DNA of 64,000 nt from Octopus sinensis. Taxonomy: Eukaryota. The notes below the pieces were generated by a model, which saw only the letters and a list, made by a program, of their open reading frames with translations, was not told the DNA's origin and made no database searches. The stretch lies in assembly GCF_006345805.1 (NCBI RefSeq), contig NC_043013.1, positions 29,946,001-30,010,000 on the forward strand, written 5' to 3'. Below are positions 53,163 through 64,000 of the stretch, piece by piece (position 1 is the first letter of the stretch; every line of letters starts with the position of its first letter). Made by a program: the position numbers and the translations under genes.

Positions 53163-53205
53163 CCACTACAATCGTTTCTTGTCTTGATCGACAATCTTCA
53201 GGTGG
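53163..53205 (-). ncRNA. Intact minimal type-I hammerhead ribozyme motif
   Basis: Minus: CCAC CUGAAGA UUGUC gaucaa GACAA GAAA cgauug UA GUGG. All core bases are present and helices I and II pair perfectly; it lies in a ~130 bp island within (TA)n. Confidence 0.82.
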
Positions 53206-53207
53206 AC

Positions 53208-53251
<44 letters not shown>

Positions 53252-53294
53252 TATAGATATAGATAGATATAGATATATATATATATATGATGAA

Positions 53295-53632
53295 AGTGGT
53301 TTGTCGATTACACCAACCTCGAAAGGGTGAAAGGCAAAGTCAACCTTGGCGGCATATGAACTCAGAACATAAAGATGGTTGAAATGCCGCTAAGTATTTC
53401 GGTCGGCGGGCTCACGATTCTTATTTCTTTATTGTCCATAAGGGGGACAAACAAGGACAGACAAAGTGATTATGTCGATGACATCGACCCCAGTGCGTAA
53501 CTAGTACTTAAGTTATCACCCCTGAAATGATGAAAGTCAAAGTAGACGGAATTTGATTTCAGAACGTAACGGCAGACGAAATTCCGCTAAGCATTTCGCC
53601 GGGCGTGCTAACGTTTCTGCCAGCTCGCCGCT
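53295..53632 (-). mobile_element. Two SINE family A copies
   Basis: gaaaggcaaagtcaaccttggcggc...gaactcagaac and ...gctaacgtttctgccagctcgccgc. Confidence 0.8.
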
Positions 53633-53636
53633 CTAC

Positions 53637-53695
<59 letters not shown>

Positions 53696-54661
53696 CCTTA
53701 TCTAATACCTATACTTTGAATATTCGCTTCCTAAACAGCGTCCTTATAATTGCATCATCATTACCGAGTCCATTGTTTTCCCTTAGGGTGTCGCTCAAAC
53801 TTTGGAAGTTGCTCATGGTTTATCGTACTTGGGCTTCCATTTCAGAACTTAATTGATCAACTATTCATTGTTTCACAAATTGTTTTAAGTAAGCTGAAAG
53901 CTATAGTAGACTTCATGCTAACCGGTTTGTATCTTTAGTCACAAAATATTATTATAAGTGTCCCATCATTTGAAGCGATGTTAACAGTTTTCATTGCAAG
54001 ACTATTGGTTTCATTTCATGAAGGGGAACTACTAATTTTTTTTATGGTTCAGCAGAACATACGAAGTCGGGTGGGTTATGGTTTACTCGAAGTAATTCTT
54101 TAAAATCATAGGCAAAAGAAATGGTTCCGAATAAGAATCAGAAACTAAACCTAAATAACCTGATAAAATAGCAGCCAAACTTCGTAATTAAAAAAAAGTC
54201 ACACCATACTTTCTGGACAATATATTCCTAAATATACTAAAAGCGGGATTGTCAAGACCAGAATGTGTAACCTCATAGGTCTACTGGGTCGGGGGTAACA
54301 TGGACCTGGTAAGAATAACAAAGCGAAATCCTAAAAAGTATGAGTTTGTAAGTTGTAACTCAATCTGCCTGAAATAGAAAAGATATCTTTCAAATCTTAC
54401 CCCACTGCCTTAGATATAGAATGAAGTACTACATATTTCTAAAAATACAGATTAAACTCAGTGGAAGTTTCAGTAATCATAGAAGTGCTTAATAACCTCT
54501 GATCTGGCACTGAACAGCAACAACCAACCAACCCGCTGTCTTGTTCCTCCAGATCCTTACTTCTTATCGTATAGCAACTATTACACATATAATTATTATT
54601 TTATTTTGAAACAGGGTTTTTAGATATATTCTATATTTGACGCTAGGATCTATATATCATG

Positions 54662-54881
54662 TACGAATTGATTACGAAAATTTCCTGGCTTTAAGAATAT
54701 CGCGAATGGCTTGGTTGGAGGCCCAAACTTGTGAGTTTTGTTACAGGACTAAGAAACACAGAAGGACTGTTACAATAACTATGTGAATCTGAGAGGGAAA
54801 TATGTTGAATAAAATCATAATTAACTGATCCTCCTCTATTTCTTTTACCCAAAAATGAGAACTTTTCAGCATCCCCACGTA
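54662..54881. mobile_element. Mariner-type MITE, degenerate TIRs
   Basis: TA-cgaattgattacgaaaatttcctggc ... gaacttttcagcatccccacg-TA; imperfect inverted ends, non-coding. Confidence 0.45.
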
Positions 54882-55829
54882 GGGATCTTATTGTTTAGCA
54901 TCTATCAGCCATCTTGCCAGTTTTAAATATTGATAACATTGTTTGTAACTGGTGTTCCCAATAGTTTTAAAGTTAGTGGTCATATGCAACATCCGCTTAA
55001 AACATTCGAACAAGTGATTCAAAGACAGACTGGTGCACACACGCTACTAATTCGTATAGTTTTGATTTATATTTTAGTGTAGTAAATAAGTATAGCTTTC
55101 ATAGACCATCCTGTAAATTATATTGATATTTTCTGATAAATTCCATTAAAGTTTCCCTGCATTTTTCTTAAATTCATACGCTTTTCAACGTGAACTTTCA
55201 AGTAATAAACATTTCAAAATAGATATTTCTTAGAAAGAAAGAAATAAACTAAAAACACCTCCAGCTGGGGAATTTTCATATTTAAGTAATATAAGTAATA
55301 TAAGATCCATTAGGTATAACTGTAATAAACATTGATAGCGTATACTAGAGTTAGAAAACTCCAGTCTTTGATGGTTTGTTTTTCAATTCTTGGGGAAATG
55401 TCAGGCCAACTAGAAAATAATCTCAAAATGTAAAACAAGAACTAAAATTAACAAAAACAAAAACCAACAAAAAAACTAAACAGTATATCTTATTTCTAAA
55501 CTTATATTCTGGATTAATACATGGTGGTGGATTGGGTGAATCAATCGGTGCAGCGAACTAAATGTCATGTTGTGTATAGTTATTCCCTATAACGTTCCGA
55601 TTTCGAATACCACTGATGCAAGTTCCTGTAAGTTATTCTTCAAAAATTAGATAAAATAAAGAAAGAGTTAATTACTAGGGTTCATATAGCTGACTACACA
55701 TCCAGGATTTGCATTTCTCACTTCCATGGATGTTGAAATAAGTACTAGTGTAATATATGGGTCGATAAAATCTTATGTACCCTACACACAAATCGCTACC
55801 CATGTACCACTGTGATAATATACATTTGT

Positions 55830-56415
55830 ACGGCGGCGAGCTGGCAGAATGTTTAGCACGCCGGGCGAAATGCCTAGCGGTATGTTGTCTGCCGCTACGT
55901 TCTGAGTTCAAATTCCGTCGAGGTCGACTGTGCCTTTCATCTTTTCGGGGTCGATTAAATGAGTACCAGTTACGCACTGGGGTTGATATAATCGACTTAA
56001 TCCGTTTGTCTGTCCTTGTTTGTCCTCTCTGTGTTTATCCCCTTGTGGGTAGTAAAGAAATAGGTATTTCGTCTGACGCTACGTTCTGAGTTCAAATTCC
56101 GCCGAGGTCGACTTTGCCGTTCATCCTTTCGGGATCGATTAAATAAGTTCCAGTTATACACTGAGGTCGATATAATCGATTTAATCTGTTTGTCTGTCCT
56201 TGTTTGTCCTCTCTGTGTTATGCCCCTTGTGGGTAGTAAAGAAATAGGTATTTTGTCTGCCGCTACGTTCTGAGTTCAAATTCCGTCGAGGTCGACTTTG
56301 CCTTTTATCATTTCAGGTTTGATGAATTAAGTAGCAGTTGCGTACTGGGGTCAATCTAATTAACTGCACCCCCACCGCAAAAATATTTCGCGCCTTGTGC
56401 CTAGAGTAGCAAAGA
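55830..56415 (+). mobile_element. SINE family A head-to-tail trimer
   Basis: ggtat..gtctg.cgctacgttctgagttcaaattccg recurs at ~55879, ~56063 and ~56247 (period ~185 bp). Confidence 0.9.
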
Positions 56416-57061
56416 ATAATACACATTCTGGAATGTTGTGTACGTGGAGGATCAGTAAAGTATTACGTGCCTTTACGTACCGAGATCGAATCTCAGTGGG
56501 ATTTCCTGTCCTTTTTTCTTTGTGCTGTCGGTAAATTAAGCACCAGCTAATAGAGTGAATATGATTTACAGACTCTATCTCCATAATTTCTACTCAAATT
56601 AAAGCGGTGAACTGGCAGTATCGTTAGGAAGCCGGAACAAAATGTTTAGCGGCATTTCGTCTGTTTTTACTTTCTGAATGCAAATGCCGTCGAGGATGAC
56701 TTAGTATTTTATCCCAACAGGATCGATAAAATAAGTACATCCTGTACATTAAGGGCCTCCGAAATTTCAGGCTTTGTACTTACCGTAGAAAAGATAATTT
56801 TTAGCCAAATTCTTTTTCATTCAATTAAATAATTGGACTTCCGTGTTCATGTGCGACTACTATTAGTGTAATACGAGTGTGTCATATTGTCTCTAGTGCT
56901 TACTCTAGTCTAATACTTATTTTATCCATCTCTGTTTTCGTACAACGTAACTGAATATTAAATGGAAAAAAATACAGTCTCTTACCCAACTGTTTACATA
57001 GAGAGACAAAGAGACACGACTGCCCATAAAAGACAGATCTACATAAATGCACGCGGACGCA

Positions 57062-57062
57062 C

Positions 57063-57151
<89 letters not shown>

Positions 57152-57160
57152 CATCTATCT
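57062..57160. repeat. (CTAT)n microsatellite
   Basis: Directly visible. Confidence 0.95.
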
Positions 57161-58089
57161 TTCTACGATACATCCCTACCAACTTTATTACAAAATATGA
57201 GTTGACGAAAAGTAAGAGAGAGGGGCATTTGCGCGCCCAAATGTACTACTTACAGAGACCGAACTACGCTGGCTAAAATGAAAAAGACTTACTTTGATTT
57301 GACTACAGTTTTATGTGTACTTAATGACATCAAAAGGGTTAGTCCAAATGTGTTGAGTAACCAACTCACCGTGGCAAGCATGGAGTTATGGACTCAATAA
57401 TTTCTATGATTACTGTGTAAAGATCACTAATATGACTGAAAATATGATCATAAATATCAACGCAGTGGATGCAAGTCAAGATAAGCACCCTAAACTCCAC
57501 TTGTCAGGCGACATCTTGTCTGCTCCAAACGGCACAACAGCCTACAAAGCTGAATAAACAGTAGCTGAATTTTATAGCTTCTACATTATTTTTCCCCAAT
57601 ATGAATGAAATGCTTACACTGCTAAAGAAAGCGACTCTTTCTTTCTGTCAGCATTTCAGGAGATTAAAATCGTTGGTGAGCGATGAATGTAAAATGGCGG
57701 TTGTTGTCTTAGATGGTCATCGAAGATAAACTATCAGAATGTATCGATTTGTTGTCATACAATTCCTTCGTGTAAGTTAGAAGCGCTATGCTTTTTCGTG
57801 AGTAAATATTAATATATTTTTATGTACGCTATTCACGTCATTCATTTGGACGGAACTTCACAGAAAATTTGGTGCTAGTAATAACTTTAGTTTGTGTTGT
57901 TCAATGCTTTTATTTTTATTTTTATCGAATTCAGACGTCGTCTTTTTGCATCTCCGTGTATATAGCAGGCCTTTTCATTTTGAAAGTAATAAATTTAGTA
58001 TCGCACACAAAAACACCCACACTTGCAGACTTAGTTTGTACACTCTTTGGAATACATACACTAAAATAGTAATAAAATTTTAGAATGAA

Positions 58090-58170
<81 letters not shown>

Positions 58171-58214
58171 GCACATACATATACATATATATGCACCTAG
58201 CTACCTACCTACAT

Positions 58215-58249
<35 letters not shown>

Positions 58250-58498
58250 CATATATACACACATACATATATAGATATATATAGATATAAAAATATATAT
58301 ATATAGCAATATGTAAATACACAGGTATACACATATGTATACACATATGCACACTCGTATATAATACATAAACTATTTTATTAAATATACCATACCTAAA
58401 ATATTTTATTACAGAAACATACATAAACAGATACACATATCATGCATAGAATGTATATATCATATAACTGCATATCACATAAGATACTTAATGTCATA

Positions 58499-59373
58499 TA
58501 CAGGGTGCAGTGAATAAACTCGTCTAAATTACGTAAAAATGAAAATAATACAGATATCTCATTTTAACAGATATATTTACCAAAATTACATAAAAATATC
58601 TTGAAATGCTAAAGAGTAAATTTATTCAATAGAATTAGCATTGGCTTCAGTCACGTCCTCCAGACGACTTTGGAATCTCCTGCAACTCTTCTGGACGGTG
58701 AATACTGCCATAATTCTTGCCTTTAGTTCTTTTTTGGTGTTACAAGGAGTTTTGTTGGTCTCCCGTCCAACAGAGCCCCACGCATAATAACCAGGGGAAT
58801 TGCAGTCTGGGGAGTTGTGTGGCCAGATGTTAGGTGAGATGTCATGACAGAAATAGTCTGACAGCCATGACTCCGTTCTCCGGCTAGTGTGGCATGGTGC
58901 AGTCTTGTTGCCCGACATAAGGTCTACCAGTAACCACCCTGTGAACCCAAGGCAGCACTACCTCCTCCAGATACTTGATGTAGGTCTCTGTGTTGAGTCT
59001 GAGGCCGGGTGGGAAATTGAATGGAGGCATAACGTAACCATCAGTCGTAATCACTCCAAACACCATGAAGTTGACTGGATGTTTGAATTTTATGACTCTC
59101 GGTACATATCTTCAGTTTGTACTCTCCGCAGATTGACACCCAAACACACACTCTGAACTATTCGTATAGGAGCTTCCGGTGTGAATGTCAAGCAGTGCAG
59201 CACGTCGTCACTGAACTTCTGGCAGAGTGGATTGCATGATTGTGCTGTGTTTCTTACAGACGGTGCCCGACTGACACTACTGCACTGTGTAGTTGACAAA
59301 ATCAAAAACAAACAATGCGCATGCACGGAATTAAAAATATAAAATGGCAACAATTTACACAACACAGACTGTA
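58499..59373 (-). mobile_element. Tc1/mariner DD37D (maT) transposon relic
   Basis: ORFs 58884-59066 and 58622-58918 join by frameshift: MVFGVITTDG.VMPPF...LEEVVLPW...QQD-APCHTSRRT.SWL...WPHNSPDCNSP(G)YYAWG. There are 37 residues between the 2nd D and the mutated 3rd D position; ends are TA-cag...ctg-TA. Confidence 0.9.
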
Positions 59374-61671
59374 TATATTCTGTTATTCTTTGACCTGTTT
59401 CAGCCATCTGGCTACAGTTTTAGTTCATAGAGGTAATGTGATCCTTGCAGCTAACAGGGAATCTAACGAGTGACTTAGTGAAAAATTCTTTTTGAAAACA
59501 TTCCTCAGAAAATATGAATCCTTTTAGATTGTCAAAAAATAATCTTTAACCGTTCACCTTACAAATTGTGAGAGAGTGTAAATGATAGCAATCATATTGT
59601 AATGATGATTATACACCGATATTTATATATGTCACTGAAGCGCACACTTCCATCACCCTCCTTAACTGCAGAAAATATTTGAATTTTCAATATTTTATCA
59701 TTTCAAAGGTAAAGTACAAACATCATCCTCATTGCTAAGACTGAATTGAAAGAGTTTGTGTGTGTGTGAGTACATATGTATATATACATATATATATATA
59801 CATATATACATATATATATACATATATATATATATATACGTACACACATATATAATATAATTGTCAAAGAGTACAACAAATATTAAAGGAAGGCAAACAT
59901 CTCAAGCCATATACAGCTGTTTCTGGGATATACCAGAGTATGGAATGTTCTGTCATCGGAGAAAAATAGGGTAAATGAAATGACGAAACGAGGACAAGAG
60001 AGAATGAATAAGTTGATGAAGAAAAGGAAGAAAAAGAGGCATAAAATTTCACAGTTTCAGTTTCCGATCGTGTAGAAGCAAGTTCGTAAGTCCTTAGGTG
60101 CAATCCTATATAAATCCATGTAGGTTAAAGTCCTGATAATGTAAATATCCAGAAATAGACGAGAACATATCAACGTTCAATAACAGAATGGTAGCGGAGG
60201 TGGCTATTAAGTGGTAAAAAAAGGAAAAAATACATAGAGTGAAACGTAGAGGGAGTGAGGGAGGAAACTGAGGATGGCGTTAAGGATAAAATAAGGTATA
60301 TAAAAATATAGTGTCTAAGAATATAGTGTACAAAAATAAGCAAGAAAATCATGGGGTTTTTTGTATGTGGGTGTTATATATACATGCATATATATATATA
60401 TATATATATATATAAGTATATTAAGTATATGATTTAAGTTATAGAAGTAAGTTAAAATTCAATCATATTTTTCATAAGGGGAGGAGTTTAGATATGGGAT
60501 AAAATATTAATTCAATTCGCTAGACAATAAATTCAATTTAATAATCGGAATTGTCAAAGAATACTCATTAGTAGTACAATAAGTGACAATAAGAACTTAA
60601 AGAAAAAAGGTGGATTTAAGAATTACATGTGTATTGTTTTCTTACTAATTTTTAATGTGTAGATGTTGTAGAAATCATGTCTATTTTAAACACGACTAAC
60701 TGGTAACGGTTAGATGACAATATATATAAAATATAAATATATATAACTTTCTCTCTTCTCTATACATTAGTGTAAATGAGAAGTAAGAAGCAAGTTGGTT
60801 TGGAAATCTAAATAAGCGGGTACGGAATTTTTAAATACAGGAGACTGCAAGTTATATTTGACCGTTAACACTTATTTCGTCTTTTTTATAAATTAGAAGA
60901 AAATGTATAAGAGTCCGCTTAAATGGTTAGTGGTAGATAAACTTTATAATAGAATGTTGATGTAAATAATATGTCAGAAATATAGAAGGAGATAATTAAC
61001 AGAAACTAGTTAAATCAGTAAAAATTAGATATTAATAGGGCGTTAATACGACAATATAAGTATAACAATTATAAAGATAGCAAATAAATATATGAAAATT
61101 AGGGGATATTTTGCTTACAGTGTTCAGTGCTAAAACTAAAACATCTATGGAATGGTATATCGAAAGAATTTATGGAAAAGATTAGAGAATAATTTTAGAG
61201 AAATTAAATATCGAAAGTTGAATAGTGTATGTATATTTACTGTGTTGTTAAGAAGTTCGATCTGCAACCATGAGGTTTTGAGTACTGTCTCAATACTTGG
61301 CAGTACGCTCAAGTATATTCTGGAACAGACTCTAGCCGAACAGTATCTTGTGAGTGAATTTCTTAGACGGAATCTATGTGTCGTATATAATTGTAATAAA
61401 TGTGTTTATGAGTGTCTTTGTGTCCCATCCTCAACCGCTTGACAAGCAATGGTGTTTTGTTTAGGTCTCCGTAAGATAGCGTTTGGGCAAGAAAGTTGAG
61501 CGAGAGAATAGGCAGCTGACTAAAACTAAAATGGAAGTATTGGGGCAAATTTCAACCAAACTTTTCAAGACGGTTTGTCCAGTTCAGTCTCCGAAACAAA
61601 TGAATAAATTATATATATATATATATATCTATATCTATATATCTATATCTATATCTATCTATGTATATATA

Positions 61672-61788
61672 TACTCTTTTACTCTTTTACTTTTTTACTT
61701 GTTTCAGTCATTTGACTGCGGTCATGCTGGAGCACCGCCTTTAGTCGAGGAAATCGACCCCGGGACTTATTCTTTGTAAGCCCAGTAC

Positions 61789-61790
<2 letters not shown>
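61672..61790 (-). mobile_element. SINE family B tail, inverted relative to the adjacent copy
   Basis: Near-exact reverse complement of 62190-62299. Confidence 0.85.
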
Positions 61791-61864
<74 letters not shown>

Positions 61865-61866
<2 letters not shown>

Positions 61867-62298
61867 CGCAGGAGTGCTACCCAACCACATGGTTCCGGGT
61901 TCAGTCCCACTGCGTGGCATCTTGGGCAACTGTCTTCTGCTATAGCCCCGGGCCGACCAATGCCTTGTAAGTGGATTTGGTAGACGGAAACTGAAAGAAG
62001 CCTGTCGTATATATGTATATATATATGTATGTGTGTGTGTGTTTGTCTCCCTAGCATTGCTTGTATATATATATAAGTGTGTGTGTATATATTTGTGTGT
62101 CTGTGTTTGTCCCCCTAGCATTGCTTGACAACCGATGCTGGTGTGTTTACGTCCCGTCACTTAGCGGTTCGGCAAAAGAGACCGATAGAATAAGTACTGG
62201 GCTTACAAAGAATAAGTCCCGGGTTCGATTTGCTCGACTAAAGGCGGTGCTCCAGCATGGCCGCAGTCAAATGACTGAAACAAGTAAAAGAGTAAAAG

Positions 62299-62300
<2 letters not shown>
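61865..62300 (+). mobile_element. Young SINE family B copy (duplicated at 62868-63303)
   Basis: ggcgcaggagtg...ggttcagtccc...cttgggcaa...gacggaaactgaaagaag, internal microsatellite, tail ...gaaacaagtaaaagagtaaaaga. Confidence 0.9.
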
Positions 62301-62341
<41 letters not shown>

Positions 62342-62421
62342 CAGATATACATACATACATACATACATATATATATATGTATGTATATATATATATATAT
62401 ATATGTATGTATATATATATA

Positions 62422-62472
<51 letters not shown>

Positions 62473-62812
62473 TATGTTTGTGTATGTGTAGGATATCGAC
62501 CTAAGATAAACAATGCCATTGACAGTGAGAAAGAGGGATAGAAAGATCGATAGACAGCGATGGGGGAAGGGAGGAAGACAGCAGAATATTAGAGATAATA
62601 TAGCGAAATTCGATTCGGATATGTCTGTATATATATTTTTTCCCCTTTCATAATAAACTTCAAATGTCACGATCTTTCCTTAAATCGAAGTATACACGAA
62701 AGCACTCTGGCAATTGTATTTAACTTGATCATGTATATATATATATATATTATATATATATATATATATTATATATATATATACATACATACATATATAT
62801 GCATATATATGT

Positions 62813-62869
<57 letters not shown>

Positions 62870-63301
62870 CGCAGGAGTGCTACCCAACCACATGGTTCCG
62901 GGTTCAGTCCCACTGCGTGGCATCTTGGGCAACTGTCTTCTGCTATAGCCCCGGGCCGACCAATGCCTTGTAAGTGGATTTGGTAGACGGAAACTGAAAG
63001 AAGCCTGTCGTATATATGTATATATATATGTATGTGTGTGTGTGTTTGTCTCCCTAGCATTGCTTGTATATATATATAAGTGTGTGTGTATATATTTGTG
63101 TGTCTGTGTTTGTCCCCCTAGCATTGCTTGACAACCGATGCTGGTGTGTTTACGTCCCGTCACTTAGCGGTTCGGCAAAAGAGACCGATAGAATAAGTAC
63201 TGGGCTTACAAAGAATAAGTCCCGGGTTCGATTTGCTCGACTAAAGGCGGTGCTCCAGCATGGCCGCAGTCAAATGACTGAAACAAGTAAAAGAGTAAAA
63301 G

Positions 63302-63339
<38 letters not shown>

Positions 63340-63426
63340 ATATATATATATATACATACATACATACATACATATATATATATGTATGTATATATATATA
63401 TATATATATGTATGTATATATATATA

Positions 63427-63458
<32 letters not shown>

Positions 63459-63745
63459 ATATATATATATATGTATATTATGTTTGTGTATGTGTAGGAT
63501 ATCGACCTAAGATAAACAATGCCATTGACAGTGAGAAAGAGGGATAGAAAGATCGATAGACAGCGATGGGGGAAGGGAGGAAGACAGCAGAATATTAGAG
63601 ATAATATAGCGAAATTCGATTCGGATATGTCTGTATATATATTTTTTCCCCTTTCATAATAAACTTCAAATGTCACGATCTTTCCTTAAATCGAAGTATA
63701 CACGAAAGCACTCTGGCAATTGTATTTAACTTGATCATGTATATA
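61865..63745. repeat. Near-identical ~1.0 kb tandem duplication
   Basis: Units start at 61865 and 62868. Non-microsatellite parts look identical (ORFs 61789/62750, 62061/63064 and 62203/63338 match); junctions lie in (TA)n. Confidence 0.95.
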
Positions 63746-63784
63746 ATATATAATATATATATATATATAATATATATATATATA

Positions 63785-63861
<77 letters not shown>

Positions 63862-64000
63862 ATATATATATATATAAATAGATGAGTGTATTTTTACCTT
63901 GTTAACAATTAACACGGAAAAATAAATAAATAGTTACCAGGGAAGCAAAAATCTCACAAATTTCAAACACAAAAAATCTCTTGCAAATTATATCTTCTCA

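Overview
AT-rich eukaryotic DNA, dense in microsatellites and transposon relics, with no recognisable intact host gene or exon. The SINE types, (TAA)n-targeted Dong/R4 LINEs and huge (TA)n tracts suggest an octopus/cephalopod intron or intergenic region (inference). Most ORF-track entries are microsatellite read-throughs. Recognisable elements: degenerate L1/Tx1, RTE, CR1-group and Dong/R4 (REL endonuclease) LINE pieces, mariner and DD37D (maT) transposon relics, a foldback MITE, many tRNA-derived SINEs, and a near-identical ~1 kb tandem duplication at the right end. The most notable hidden signal is about 11 minimal type-I hammerhead-ribozyme (HHR) motifs, read by eye on both strands between ~32.9 and ~53.2 kb (helix I-CUGANGA-helix II-GAAA-short palindromic helix III-UH). 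They belong to several distinct short repeat families, often in inverted or direct-repeat arrangements typical of Penelope-like pLTRs or retrozymes, and include a recurrent CUGUNGA-A core variant. Repeat boundaries are approximate; no database searches were run.
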